The notes under the pieces are model-generated. The model had not been told where the DNA came from and did no database searches. It saw only the letters and a program-made list of their open reading frames with translations. Below, piece by piece: positions 12,657 through 24,845 of a DNA stretch of 64,000 bases. Numbering within the stretch: the first letter of the stretch is position 1; each line of letters opens with the position of its first letter. A program made the position numbers and the translations under genes. The DNA comes from Curvularia clavata (Eukaryota): positions 3,286,001 to 3,350,000 of the forward strand of contig CP089277.1 of assembly GCA_023920165.1 (NCBI GenBank), written 5' to 3'.

Positions 12657-14499
12657 ATTATATGAATGCGTGTTGTGTGGAATGTCCATATTCCTTTTAT
12701 TACGGTTGAGTAGACGACAAGAGGCGGCTGCCAATGCTATTCCATAACCGAAGTGACCCAAAGTCACGATACGAATATCGCCTAGCATGTTGAGAGACTA
12801 GTGAGCGAAGTGGCTGTTATGCGTGACTCTTTTTCTTCCTCATTGGCGCATTATCAGTGACGGTGCATCCGAGGGGTTCACGCACCGAGCGCGGGCGCGT
12901 ATGTAGGCCTGGGGCCACACCAACCGCTCTTCAGTCCAATATCGCTGTATTTGCGGGCCTGAAAAACGCTGACGGATGTGGGCCGGAGAGCAAAGTCCAC
13001 ACGCAAATATCAGGGAGACATGGTTAATGACACGGGACCTACGAAAGAGCTTACTAGGAAGCAGTCCAAAGGGTGATGTGACAGCTGCCCATCCATCTTT
13101 GCAAATCATTGGCAGTGCCTAGATTGCAAGTCGTGCAAATGATGCGCTCTTCGCATGGCCTTGCTAGTACTAGAATTCGAGGCCTCCGCTGCCCAACCAG
13201 GTCGGCCATGTCCCCTGGTACCTTTTTTTCCCAGGTACCCATTGCCGAAGCTTACGAGGCAGCATGCGCACGCACGATCACTGCACATTATGACGATATG
13301 TCGGTTCTGATGTCTTCGGGTCGGACGTTGCGGCCGCAGTGCGAGTGTGACCAAGAAAGTGACTCGCTGTGCAGCTGAGTGAAGTTGGCAATGCGATGCT
13401 GTGGTTGGACGGTGTTGCAAGCCACTGGAGATTATTAGCCGCCCAAGATCCCCTTTGGGGATATTTGGTGTTGACCGGTATGTTGCTCAAGCAAGGCGAT
13501 TGGGCACGCAGAAGGTTATGAGCCGACAATGTCTGTAAATAGGACTGCATGCGGCAACAAGGAAAAATGCAGGTTGATCAATGCAGCAACCTGGAGAGCA
13601 AATTTCTCTGCATCTGTCGCCCGCCCAGTTCGCCCTTCAATCATGCAGTGTGAAAGAAACTTATCTGCAGCTCGCACATTCCGACATCACATGGCAGGCC
13701 GGCTCTCGCACCTGATTGGTTGTGTGTTTTCACCCAGCGTCCGTGCGTTGCGTGACGACCCACACATGTATTCCCCGCTCAGGCTGGCGAATCAAAGCAC
13801 ACAACCATAACGCCCGGCTACACAGGTCCAGTCACCAACCACTCTCGCAACACCGTCAAGCGCTCGCCGTACATTCAATAGACTGCTCTCCACACCCGCT
13901 ACCAGCCTGCACCCTGCCTAGATGGCGTCGCTACGCTGCGCAGGCAATCAATCGCTACCGGGAGCAGCGATGCCTGGTCCCTAGTCGGCGTAGTGCAATG
14001 TCGGTTTGCCAGCCCCTCGTCAACGCCCAATCGCACCCCAGTAACTGTGTATTGCGGTTTCTATACATAAGTAGGCTTGTGGCCACTCCATCTCGACTTT
14101 TTTTTCTTCAGCAAGTGTGTCAAGTTCAGAGTTGTTGTGTTCGTTTTTTGTCTATTCTTTTCTACCCCTCCCCCTTCTTCTCTCCTACTCTCCTCAGGCC
14201 TGGTGCCATCTAATCACTACACTACCGACGACCTTATTCCCCCCCTTCGCATTTTTACAATAATTCGATTCTTTGTGGCCGGTCCACTCCAACGTAATAC
14301 GCAGCTCTACTTGCTCGAAACGAACAACCAAATTCATACCGACAACGCAAACTCGCACCCCTCGGCGAGACTCTCGACATACACACAGCCTCATCAGCAA
14401 TCTTGACGTCTATCCATTAGTTTGGTACTGGACGAATTGAAAGAAACGATTACATCATAATACAAGTCTTTTGCACAGAAAGAAAGTGAAAACATCACA

Positions 14500-15344
14500 A
14501 TGGCCGCTATCCAGCTCAACTTTACTCTCCGTACTTCCTCCAACTGCAAGACAGTCCACCTTCTCGGTTCCTGGGATGGTTATCAAGGTCAACTTCCGCT
14601 TTCCAAGGACCCCAAGAAGTCTGGTGGCTGGGTCGGATGCTTCAAGTTCCAAGGGCAGACTTTGAAGCAGGGACAGCGCTACTGGTACTACGTATGTTGA
14701 CCCCCTTGGTAAACTTAGTCCTTACTTGCAAGCTAACATGTTCTCAGTACATCATCGACGGCTACCACGTCTCGCACGACCCCGCCAAGGACCACACGAC
14801 TGAACCCACCACTGGCCGCAAGCTCAACATCATCGATATTCCCGCCGCCAAGTCGAGCTCGAAATCATCCTCATCCAGTGCCGACCGAAAGTCCCGCCGC
14901 GTCTCGACCGCTTCCATCCCAAAGGGCCGTGGTCTCAGCCCAGAGCGCATCGTTGCCCCCAAGCCCCAACGACCCAACGAGACCCGCCAAGTCATCAACA
15001 CGCAGTACGACAAGACTACCTTGGAGGAGCTAAACCGCCGCTTTGCCACCCAAAAACTCGAAGAATCATCCGACGACTCTGAATACAGCTCCGATGAAGA
15101 CTCAGACGTCCCATCGCTCACCAGCCGCTCGACAAACAGCTCTAGCCCGTCCAGTATCAGCTCTGGCAGCTCATGCTGCACGTGCGAACGCTACGGTATC
15201 ACCCGCGCTGGTGACCGCGTCAAGCTTGACTGCGGTGGTGCGCGCTGCGGATACTCTGATGATTCTTCAGACTGCTCCTCCGAAGACGAGTACGTGTACG
15301 AGGAGAAGACCACCCGCCGCCAGGGTGTTGTCATCCGCTCTTAA
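14500..15344 (+). CDS. esdC: EsdC-like protein (AMPK-beta/CBM48-like glycogen-binding domain; early sexual development); 2 exons
   Basis: MAAIQLNFTLRTSSNCKTVHLLGSWDGY...RYWYY-YIIDGYHVSHDP with intron 14692-14747. Ser-rich tail containing CTCERYGITRAGDRVKLDCGGARCG. Confidence 0.82.
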
Positions 15345-17089
15345 GAGCCTTCTCTTCTACCCCTCTCGACTGGACAGCCATTTGTCCTCTGTCTTTTCTG
15401 TCGACACCTTGTGCGATAGACAAAGACCGCCTTGCTTCTTTCATGTGAATATTATGACAACGAATTTGTCCTTTCTTTCTTTTCTTCCTATTTTACAGCC
15501 GTCGCTAGCCTCGCACATTTTAAGGCTCCGGCTTTCCACTCACTTATTCTAATTGGACTTGCCTTTTTATGACGACATGCCTTATGCTTTTCATTGCTGC
15601 TGGTTTTCCAACTTGGAGACTTTGCGGATGGGAGGAAACATGAACAAGCGAACACCCTCTCATCGTTCACGCTCTCTCTTGTGCGCTTACGAACTTTAAC
15701 ACCGGGCGGACAAGCTTATCTTGTCTGCCAACGGAGGAAACATATCACATGTGTTTGCTAAATGTGCCAATTGCACGCCCCATGTAGATTTACACCTTTG
15801 CTAGAATCCCAATCAACGACAATCCGCATGGGCCTTGTGCTCGGAAAACATCATATCTTTCTTTGCTCCTCGTCCTACATGTGATAGTGTGAGATTTTTG
15901 AAGCTCTGACGACATACTGCATCTCCCTTGCTAGACCGAGGTAAAACCCATCCCACTCCCTCGCTCGTATCGGAAGCACATGACCACGCTGCAATGCAAT
16001 GTCATCCTACGACATAGCACTCGGCCTGTTCCCCCTTGCGCCACAAATACGAAAAGAATAGAGAGCATGTTATCGTTTTCTGTTGGTTGAGCCTTGTTTC
16101 ACTGTAAGACATGAGGTATTCGAGAAGCAGGTTATTTTTGGGAGCGGTTACAATTGGTGTTTGAAAGAGAAAAAGGTATGAAATTTGTCAAGACACGATG
16201 AGGTGTGATGATGAGCGAGACTCATAAGGGGGCGGAGTCAGGAATAAATAGCAATCTTTGAATAGATCTCCTCAAGGAGAGGTAACAAGAGATGCGAGGT
16301 CAGCGAGTATTTTTCTTTGTCTTTACTTTCATACCATGCTTGCTATTTCGTGTGGGCATGTAGCTTGATTTGCTAGTAGTAAAGTAGCCGTCGTGAGAGA
16401 AGACTATTGGTGCATCAATTGATAAAACTGGGGTTATCTCCGGAGCACTGTCAGCTCGTAATTCTGAATTGAGCCACATGCAGTTTGCTATACCAACACG
16501 ATGTAACGGGATCCTACAAGGCAGAGAAGGTAACAAGGCTGGCGCAGGGGTCCTTGCAACATAGGGCTGCCGGTATACTGGAGACGATTACACGGTGCCG
16601 GACCGTGGACCCGCAACCCGTTGTGCCGTGTCACCCACGGCCTGTTGATTCGAAGTTATCGATCAAGGCCCACAAGGCCGGCTGTGCCACTCGGTACGGA
16701 TCGCCAGGGTAATTTCTCGGGGCGGTTTGTACCATTGCCTGATACGGGAAACACATAGTCTATTTTCCAATGCCATGCTATGCTGAAACGGTGAGGGCAA
16801 AGTACAGATTATTGGAGGCTCGATCCAACTGAAAAAATCATCATCAGTCACTGCCTGGGGCTGAAGTTTCACAGTCAGTCGAACGAAGCCAGGCAGCAGG
16901 ACTAGGGATCATAAAACTCCAGAAATGTAGTCTTTTTGCGAGTTTGAGCAGTGGGGCCAAGAACCCTAGTCGGCAAGGTTACGCAGAGCCACAGTGACGG
17001 GTAGCGTTCGAGGTGTCGCCAGCAGATGAGGACATCCCATCGAGACCCGCCAACCAAATGCCCGGGGTACTGGGTGCCTAGCTCTTCAG

Positions 17090-17686
17090 CTATGACCGTA
17101 GAACCGCCACACAAGCCCTACCGCTAAATATAGGACATGATGTGAAATCTAGAGCTTCCGAAGCAGCAGACGCGTCGTCCTCGAGGACAGAGAACGTGAT
17201 GGTTTTACTCTGCGTCCTGAATGGCTCGGTGGTGCCGGCGTTAAAGTTGCCCGGGATACTGAGCAGCGATAGGAGCAATAGGACGCTGGTTAAGATATCG
17301 CAGAGGCAAATGACATCCTGGTACGCGTATGCGTCCTGGCTAGTTAGTTGTGGCGCAAGAGGTAAGCCCGACTCGCCGAGATCTGGAGATGCCGAAAGTG
17401 GTATCGGTAGGCTTCGGAAAAGGCCGATGGAAGAGTCGACGATGCAGCGGGGCGGGCGAGTCGAGATATGGAGAAGTGAGAGAAATTTGCGTGATTTAGT
17501 AGAAACGTGGAGTTGGGTGTGGCGCTTCTCACACCGACGAAACAGGCCAGTGGTAAGGTCTCGAAGGATGTTTGGTACGGGAAAGAGGCGGTAACGGTAG
17601 TACGCGCACGTGCGCAAAAAGCGGGGCCACTTGGCGCGGATGACGTCTAGCGGACGTCTAAGGCACGCATCCGTCAACGTTCGCAA
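17090..17686 (-). CDS. Possible hypothetical coding exon with no clear ATG
   Basis: 198-codon open frame with a visible bias to C-ending codons. A CTAAC...AAG acceptor-like sequence lies just upstream. No recognisable domain. Confidence 0.25.
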   Translation of the reverse strand: MRTLTDACLRRPLDVIRAKWPRFLRTCAYYRYRLFPVPNILRDLTTGLFRRCEKRHTQLHVSTKSRKFLSLLHISTRPPRCIVDSSIGLFRSLPIPLSASPDLGESGLPLAPQLTSQDAYAYQDVICLCDILTSVLLLLSLLSIPGNFNAGTTEPFRTQSKTITFSVLEDDASAASEALDFTSCPIFSGRACVAVLRS

Positions 17687-18240
17687 TACTTCAGTTCAGT
17701 AACATTTGGTTAGTCTACAGCACCCTCGCACCCTGAGTCATCCAGAAAGCCGAAGCTGGGCACGGAGAGTTTCCATCTGGGAATAGCGCGCTCCCATCCC
17801 ACGCAAGGCAGACTTGCACGTGTAGTAAAAATAGTGTAACAATGTTCAAGGTGGACGCTATGATGCTAGTAACGACAGTGAATGCGTAGAGTGGAGCGGT
17901 TTACCAGCCATGATGCTCTCATTTCAGCCAAAGACTTGCAAAATCATGCTTCTCAACCCCCAACAATGAATAATACAGCTCAACCTGAACGCCAATGTCC
18001 CTCGTATTTCATACATGTAGCCAGCCATGATGATGTCTCTCCTGTAGGTAACTCCGTACTGATGCGTAGATTTCCAAAATATACGAAGAAATACGAGCCC
18101 AACGTGCTGAAATGTATGGCGCTGAGCGACTGACCAGCTCCATGAGACCAAAAAGTATTTGCAGAAACGCGTCCGTAAAAGATGGTGTTATGTGGATTTC
18201 AATGGTGGATCTCAGGCCATCCCGAAATGATACTCTGTCT

Positions 18241-18477
18241 TCATCGTAAAGGACCAAAGGAGTAGGAGTCGGTTCCGTAGCCAGAATCAGGAAGGACGCC
18301 GGCGTGGTGGGCGACTACAGGCCGATGACTGCTATGTATACTGCAGGCATAGCCTACGAGTACTGTCTTTTCTTGAACAATGTGTCCTCGTTGTCCGTGG
18401 GCGGCGCAGGGATCGATGGCGTGCTGATAGTATAGACACCGGCAGACTGAGTAGCGTTCGACAACTTGATAGCACAT
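18241..18477 (-). CDS. 78-aa Cys/His-rich microprotein (MCYQVVERY type)
   Basis: ATG in AAACC-ATG context and a TATA-like CTATATAG near 18639-18646. Pattern C2, C12-x-C14, H19, C24, H32, C45-x-x-H48 resembles small hypothetical proteins recalled from other Pezizomycotina. Confidence 0.7.
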   Translation of the reverse strand: MCYQVVERYSVCRCLYYQHAIDPCAAHGQRGHIVQEKTVLVGYACSIHSSHRPVVAHHAGVLPDSGYGTDSYSFGPLR

Positions 18478-20158
18478 GGTTTAGAGCGTGCGTGGAAAGT
18501 TGAGTTTTTCGTACTCGAAACAAGAAGAGACTTTTTTTGACTTGATGGCTTGAACGCGAAGCAAAGCAATAAAAGAATTTTTGTGCAAGGTGAAACAGAG
18601 TTTGTGATGATTTCTGACTTGACCAGGCGGCCAGTGGCCTATATAGCAGAAGTCAGGGCGACGATGTAGGCTACAGAGAAGAGTGTGGGTCACACTGCGG
18701 ATGCATCGTTGACTTGCTGCATGCTAGGCACGCGGAAACGACGGGTAGGGACAAGTGCGCAGTCAGCCGGAAGTTGCTCTGACGGGGCTTTGAAAGTTAG
18801 TTAGCAGAGCTATTTTGACCGTGGATCTCTCGAGTTAGGAAAAAGGCGTGGGTTGAATGGGGCAGGGGTTTGAAAGGTCGCTTCTTGGGAACTCTTTCAG
18901 CTGCTAGAGAATGTGCGCCTCTGAACGCTATTGGCAAGTGGCTGAGGCCAGGTGATGCTCCATGAATTGCTCAGCATTTCACCAAGATTTGTTCGAGAAG
19001 TGCAGCGAAGCAGACAGATGGACAAGCCCCTACGGAGATAGTGAACATGGGGCGGTGGAAAACCCCTGTTCTGCACAGACCATGCTGCCGACTAGACGTA
19101 GCCGGCAGGGCATACTCGAGCTGGTTCGTACAGTGTCGACACTAGTAGTATCACGATTCGTGCGTGACCTTATATCTGACAGCTTGAAAATCCAGGGTCA
19201 GCCACGTTTTTCGACATAGCGTGCCCGTCATAGGTGCAAACGAGGGCGAGTGACGTAGACTATTCAGTCGGACGTCGTGCGCACGATGAGCGGGTGTCGG
19301 ACTGTTCGGCTGCGACCGTCTTGTCCGGCGGAGTCAACACCGCTTTTAAGCTTCATCGTGCGAGGGCTGCGGTGGGAGACTGAGAAATCAACGTGGGGTG
19401 TCAAAGGTACGAGTTGAAGGTCGTGGGAAAGAACAGGTTTTGCGGACTGCCAAGGACTCCGACGACGGGTCAAAGTGATCGGAAGGTCCTTACGTAGAGC
19501 TGCTGCCCTGTTCCGACCATCGAGGCACGGCAAATAAGAGCTGCTGCTTCGTTGATATCGTGCACTCGAGATCAATCTCCGTCCTCCGCAATCCCGCAAA
19601 AGCCGTTTTTCTTCCACCCCCACGAAGTGCATGGGCCTTCAAAAGGTACTATCTAGAGCCTCAGGCTGACCAGCTGAATATTGTTTGTGGATCTGCGCAT
19701 CGACGTACGCAACGCGGCTATTTCGAGGGCCAAGTGTAGCGGCTCATCTCATTCTTTAGTTTTGGTCTCGATTAGCGCTTTCATTGAGTAAGTTTCTGTA
19801 TTTGTCCCCTGGCGAACGGTATCGCCATATACATGGGTGGGCAGGTACACCGCCGGATCCCATCGCCAACATTTGCAGACCGGTAATCCACCCCCATGTG
19901 GTGGATCGCTCTATCGGGTACTCGGGGATCGCATTAAGGCTGAAATTGCCGCCACCGGTTCACTTCCGCATATGGGGCTTGTGAGCAGCATGCAGCCCTA
20001 TGCACTGTCCCGTCATTTGGAATCACGTGGTGGCGGTATGCATGTCTCACGCAGCACTGCCTACGTCAAAAAATACCCACACCTGTCGGCGACATCCTTG
20101 CGAACGCCAACCTATCTGTTCGCTCCATGTCGCCAAGGCTTGGGGGATTTTGCAGTCA

Positions 20159-20398
20159 TGCTGAGCACAGGATAGATTTACCACTTCCAGACTACGTCCA
20201 GGAATCATAGAACCCTAGCTTATCAATTGCATTTGCATGTGTAACAGAAGTTGCGCAGGATAAGATGCTCTCACTACACTGGTGCTGACCCGAGAGCCGA
20301 GTTATGTTGGTAAAATTTTGATCCGACAACACCATGGCAACAATGTCTGCTGGTCTAAAGTCTTCGATCAGCTTCGGGACAGTGATGAACCCATCCAA
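20159..20398 (-). pseudogene. Possible decayed NACHT/P-loop NTPase fragment
   Basis: Minus strand reads LGFYDSWT*SGSGKSILCSA*, a Walker-A-like motif bounded by stops. Frameshifted W-LSDQNF / QHNSAL / QHQ fragments lie just upstream. Confidence 0.3.
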
Positions 20399-22165
20399 GA
20401 GTAACGAAGAATTTACAGGGCAACAATTAGCAGGTATAAATCAAGTGGCACTGTCAATGTTCATACACTTCCTCGTTTACATGTGGTCGCAAGTTGAAAT
20501 TTGGCAGATTTCCGGTCGGTTGCATCACTATGCGAGTTCCATTCCAAGTCACTGCTAATGCTTGAATATAAGCAGCCGCGTTCTCATATAATCTCTTTCG
20601 ACTCCTGCGAGCAACATTGAATTACACCATCGATACAGCAGATCGTGCCAACATGATTACCAATATGCCAAGGCGCAAGGCGCCACCCAGGCTGACAATG
20701 CAGCAATACCAGTATCGTATCTCCTGGTCGCGGTGAAGCGCCCTATCATAGGTCGACGACATACTCTCAATGCATTGGAAGGATTGCTTTCGAAACAAGA
20801 GTTCGCTTCAAGCTACCCAATTAGCACACTTAGCACGCGATACTTGGCCTCCAGGCTTCTCTCCAGTACGTCAGCTGACTTTGCATGTATGCAATATAAC
20901 GCAAACAGCAGGTTTATCCGTTTTCGATGGAGATGAGCGCATTTGTATCTGGAAGCGAGACGCCTTCCTCGGATGCACCTCTCATGCCGGTACTCGTTTA
21001 CACTCACCGGAATCTTAGCAGGAAGTGGGCTCGCACGACGGTCGTACGACAGTGTTGAATAAAAGCTACCGATGGACATGCACACAAGCTGACAAGGATT
21101 CCAAACCCGCATATAATACACACCGCCATGACTGAATATCAGTGAGGTTAATCGGCTTTGACTGTATCCCAGCAGTGACGAACTGACCTTTTCTCAACTT
21201 TGATCTCGTTCCAGTCAATTATAAACAGAAGACAAGCAACACCTCAAGGCATCAGCCAGCAACCTTTTTTTATGGCAACAATTCTAATTACTTGGTTTTT
21301 CGTAATTTCGATTCCTCTGTTCTACCCCCTGTCCAACATGGCTTTAAGCTCCACCAAGCTTCTTTCTCCACTCAACCCAAACTTTATACTCCACATATAT
21401 CCTTGCTTTAGTTGAATAGCTTTAAAGCCATCCATTTTCTTCCTCATCGCTCTCAAGCCCTTCTTCGTGGGAGTTGCTTACAAAATTCAATTCGTGCTAC
21501 GAGTCACCTCCACCTCTTCCATGCTTCTCTGTCTCTTACTACATTGTTGCCTGAAACCCAAGCTTTCCATCTGCACACTTCTGCACAAACAGAGAGCCAT
21601 CAGCGATGAGACATCGGTCGTTTGTACCTATTCTCTTAGTCTGGTCATTCGGTAAACAAGCAGCAGTACCTACCGGCTGCATTGTTATTCTGCTTGCTGT
21701 CCCAGTGGGAATGTAAGCCTGTGTCGTTTACCTCGGCCATCAAATGCTTGAGAATGGCTAAGTGCCGCATAGAATGGTATCAGAAATCCCTATATTCGAC
21801 ATTAATATACAGCACGCAGCTTTGTTCAACATCAGACAGGAATCGAAGAAAGAAGTTATCCAATGATTGAATGAATAGTTTCTATAACGTATTGGAAGCG
21901 TTTTAGCCAATGGGAAACAAGAAAAAACATGGGGGTATAATCCAAGCCGTGTAGTCATGACACTGGCTCTAACCGACTCTTCGGTCCGTTCTAGACAACG
22001 GCCATCTGGTCCCCAATAAACAAATCATTATTCTACCCAGAACGCCCTCCCGGGTTGGGGACATCATAACTTCGTAGCATATGTATATGTACAGGGGGTA
22101 TGAGTCGTGAAGTAAAAGTAAGAAAGGGAAAAAAATTTGGGCATGTCGAAAAGACCACGATCGTT

Positions 22166-23017
22166 TTACAACATGACACCAGCGACGACAAGCATGGCGA
22201 TGGCATAGTAGCCGGCGTAGTTGCCGACCCTCAGGCTAGCCGCGGCACCATCCTCACCGCCAGGCGCGGTAGTACCATTGGGCAATGTACCGTTGAGGAC
22301 AAGCGTCTTAGTACCATTGACATCGGAAACAGTAACGAGCGTCTTGTTCAGCGCGGCGTAGCTTCCGTTGCCGACAAGGTCGTCCAGGTACTGCTGATCA
22401 TCATTCTCGTCGCAGCCACAGACGCTGTACTCCTGGCACAAGCATACGACGGGAAGGGTCTCGTTGCGACCCTGTGTCTGGCGGGCCCAGAGCCATCGCC
22501 TGTCGTTGTCGTTGTCGGTGTTGTTAACGGCAGACTGGTTGTGGAAGCGGTAGGGGTTGTTGTAGTGGTATGGGTAGGCGCTGTAGAGCCAGAAACCAGG
22601 CATGATGAGGAGAACGGCTGCTGGCGCAAGTAAGAGACCAGGTCTAAGGCCCTTTGGTGTACGCGTGCCAGCAGAGTAGGGTACAGCGGCACCGCCGCCA
22701 TAGTATCGTCCGCCACCGAAAGAGCGCGATGGGCCTGAGCCGGCCCTGGTAGAACCGCCGGAGCTGCTGGTACTGCTGGATCGGCCTCCACCGCTGCCAC
22801 CGCTGCTGCTTCCACTGCTGCTACCACCCGAACTGCTACCACCACGTCCGCCGCCACCCTTGCGACGCTCTAGGGTGTGATCTGGGGAGACCAGTTCCGA
22901 TGCAGGGACTACGCGGCGCTCCTCCAGAAGATTAAGCGCATTGTTAGATTCGGGAATGGAGGCAGCGCTGATTACTTGGCATGCCACAAGGCAGGTAAGA
23001 AACTGAGAGACCTTCAT
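22166..23017 (-). CDS. Gly/Ser-rich secreted protein, probably GPI-anchored or membrane-tethered, conserved in fungi
   Basis: Signal peptide MKVSQFLTCLVACQVISA, then RRKGGGG...GGGRYYGGGAAVPYSAG, a Cys domain CLCQEYSVCGCDEN, NGTLPNGTTAPGG and a hydrophobic C-terminus. Intronless. Confidence 0.85.
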   Translation of the reverse strand: MKVSQFLTCLVACQVISAASIPESNNALNLLEERRVVPASELVSPDHTLERRKGGGGRGGSSSGGSSSGSSSGGSGGGRSSSTSSSGGSTRAGSGPSRSFGGGRYYGGGAAVPYSAGTRTPKGLRPGLLLAPAAVLLIMPGFWLYSAYPYHYNNPYRFHNQSAVNNTDNDNDRRWLWARQTQGRNETLPVVCLCQEYSVCGCDENDDQQYLDDLVGNGSYAALNKTLVTVSDVNGTKTLVLNGTLPNGTTAPGGEDGAAASLRVGNYAGYYAIAMLVVAGVML

Positions 23018-24328
23018 GACGAGGTTGCTGTGTAACTGTGATGCGGGATGATAGTGGATGTGTGATGCGCGCCGTTCAATGTGAGGTCGGGAGATTTGCA
23101 GCACAGGCGCTAGGGATCTCAGACAAGTAAGGGGGTGTAAGGACCAAAGAGAGCTTGACCAATGTTTATATGGGAGCTTGCTTCAGAAGAAGGCGAATAT
23201 GTATGTGTCAGGATCATGAGGCAAGCGTGCTTCTTTAAAGTATGTCGACAATCGCGGCAGACCCTGGTTCGGCACTGCCCTGCGTCATCAAAGGGAAGCT
23301 GGGGCAAGCCAACTCGGCTCCGCGCCACCTGTGCTTGCCCAGCATTTCGTGCCTATTGCTTCCTCTCTAGGCTAATTACAAGCGGTCGCTTTTCCTGAGA
23401 CACCCACTTTGTTGGCCTAAAAGGTTAAAAACGCCATAGTAAGGCCGCAAGGGATGTGGCTTCTGGGCTGGCTTGTGCAAGGCTGATATCAATGAACCAG
23501 GCAGAATTCAAAACAGCACAGTACAATGGCTCTCGCCTCCCCCCACAATGGAAGCCATCATTGACGCAAGTAATACGTGAGTGCCCGGAAGAAATCAATG
23601 CCTAACATGACCTCATGGCGATCCATTGAGAGGCGCCAAGTGAACAAAGCCGAAGCGAAGGGTGGCCAACTGCATCACAAGAGGAGCAACCAACAAACCA
23701 CAGACGCATCCTAAGGCCGCATTTACCGACTGCGCCTCGATGCCAGTCTTTGTACAAATCGCCATGCACGAACATCATCACCACACGACAAGGTCATGGC
23801 GTGTTCTAGAGTGTGCGCACCGTACTGGGCGTATTAAGGCGCAGTTATTCCATCGGTGTGCAATGCGGGAACGCTTGGCAATGTCTGTTTAAGCACTAGG
23901 CAAGCACTGGGACAACGCGAGGTGCCCAACGGTAACCGATGCTGCATCGCTGTTGGCATTGGGTCTCGCAGAACTGCTCTACTCCATCTCTGCTGCTGGC
24001 TGTTGTGTTGGCCGTTTCTCGCAATCATCGCTTTTGTCATGCAACTCCTAGTCGCCTCCGCACTCGAATGGCCTTGGAGCCGTCCGGTCAACGTGTTGCT
24101 TGCTGACAATCGCATTGTATCCAATCCCTTGCCAAACTTCACACGCCCCCTCATCTGAGCATTTCTTCCGTTTTGCTAGTGTGCGACCAGCGCGAGGCTG
24201 TGCCAACTCCAGTCCGTTATGGTAAATAAAATGGTGGCGCAATCAGATCGCACGGTGGGCCTAAGCGATCACCTGCCTTTCAGACACTCGCCCGAGTCGC
24301 AGTATTGTGCATGTGGCTTTGTCTGCCA

Positions 24329-24653
24329 TCACCGCCCTGGCCCTTGCTGTTGTTGCGGTTCCGGTCCTCCGCCATCTGATACCGTCTGATATTTCCTATA
24401 TTCCTGCTCGAGTTGTCGCTGCATCTCAAAGTCGGCCTGTCTTTCGCGCTTGATTCGCTGTTGCTCAAAATCTCGTACTACTCCCATGTGCATGGCCTGA
24501 TAGATCCGTGTTAGAAATTGCCCAATTCACCTAAAGGTCAAGAGGACGAGGACTGACGGCTTTTTCGGCCTTTTGCGACCAATGCACAAATGCGACAACG
24601 CCAACGGCAGCGGCGCAAGTCGTTGCCAACGTGATTTGCGATGCTCGAGACAT
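24329..24653 (-). CDS. PET117: Cytochrome c oxidase assembly factor Pet117; 2 exons
   Basis: MSRASQITLATTCAAAVGVVAFVHWSQKAEKA, intron 24497-24557, then AMHMGVVRDFEQQRIKRERQADFEMQRQLEQEYRKYQTV. Confidence 0.88.
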
Positions 24654-24845
24654 GGTAGACAGCGCGAAGCGGTGGGCGGATTGAGGGCGATCTTCGTAGT
24701 TTATAAAAGTTGCGATGCAAGGGAAATCTAGGGTGGGAGGAGCTTGGGCCGCCCATGTACCGTCTGCCAAGCTTGCCGGCTGCATCATGCCTCTCCGCAA
24801 CTCGACCTTGTGATTACCACCAACTCCATAAAACAAATACTCAAG
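24654..24845. promoter_or_regulatory. Putative compact bidirectional promoter between PET117 and VMA10
   Basis: The two start codons are divergent and 192 bp apart. TTTATAAAA near 24700 and CATAAAA near 24827. Confidence 0.55.

Noticed and set aside
20880..20960. Plus-strand FRW-like fragment reminiscent of NACHT GMFRW
   Set aside because: It is on the opposite strand to the Walker-A-like relic and too short to be meaningful.
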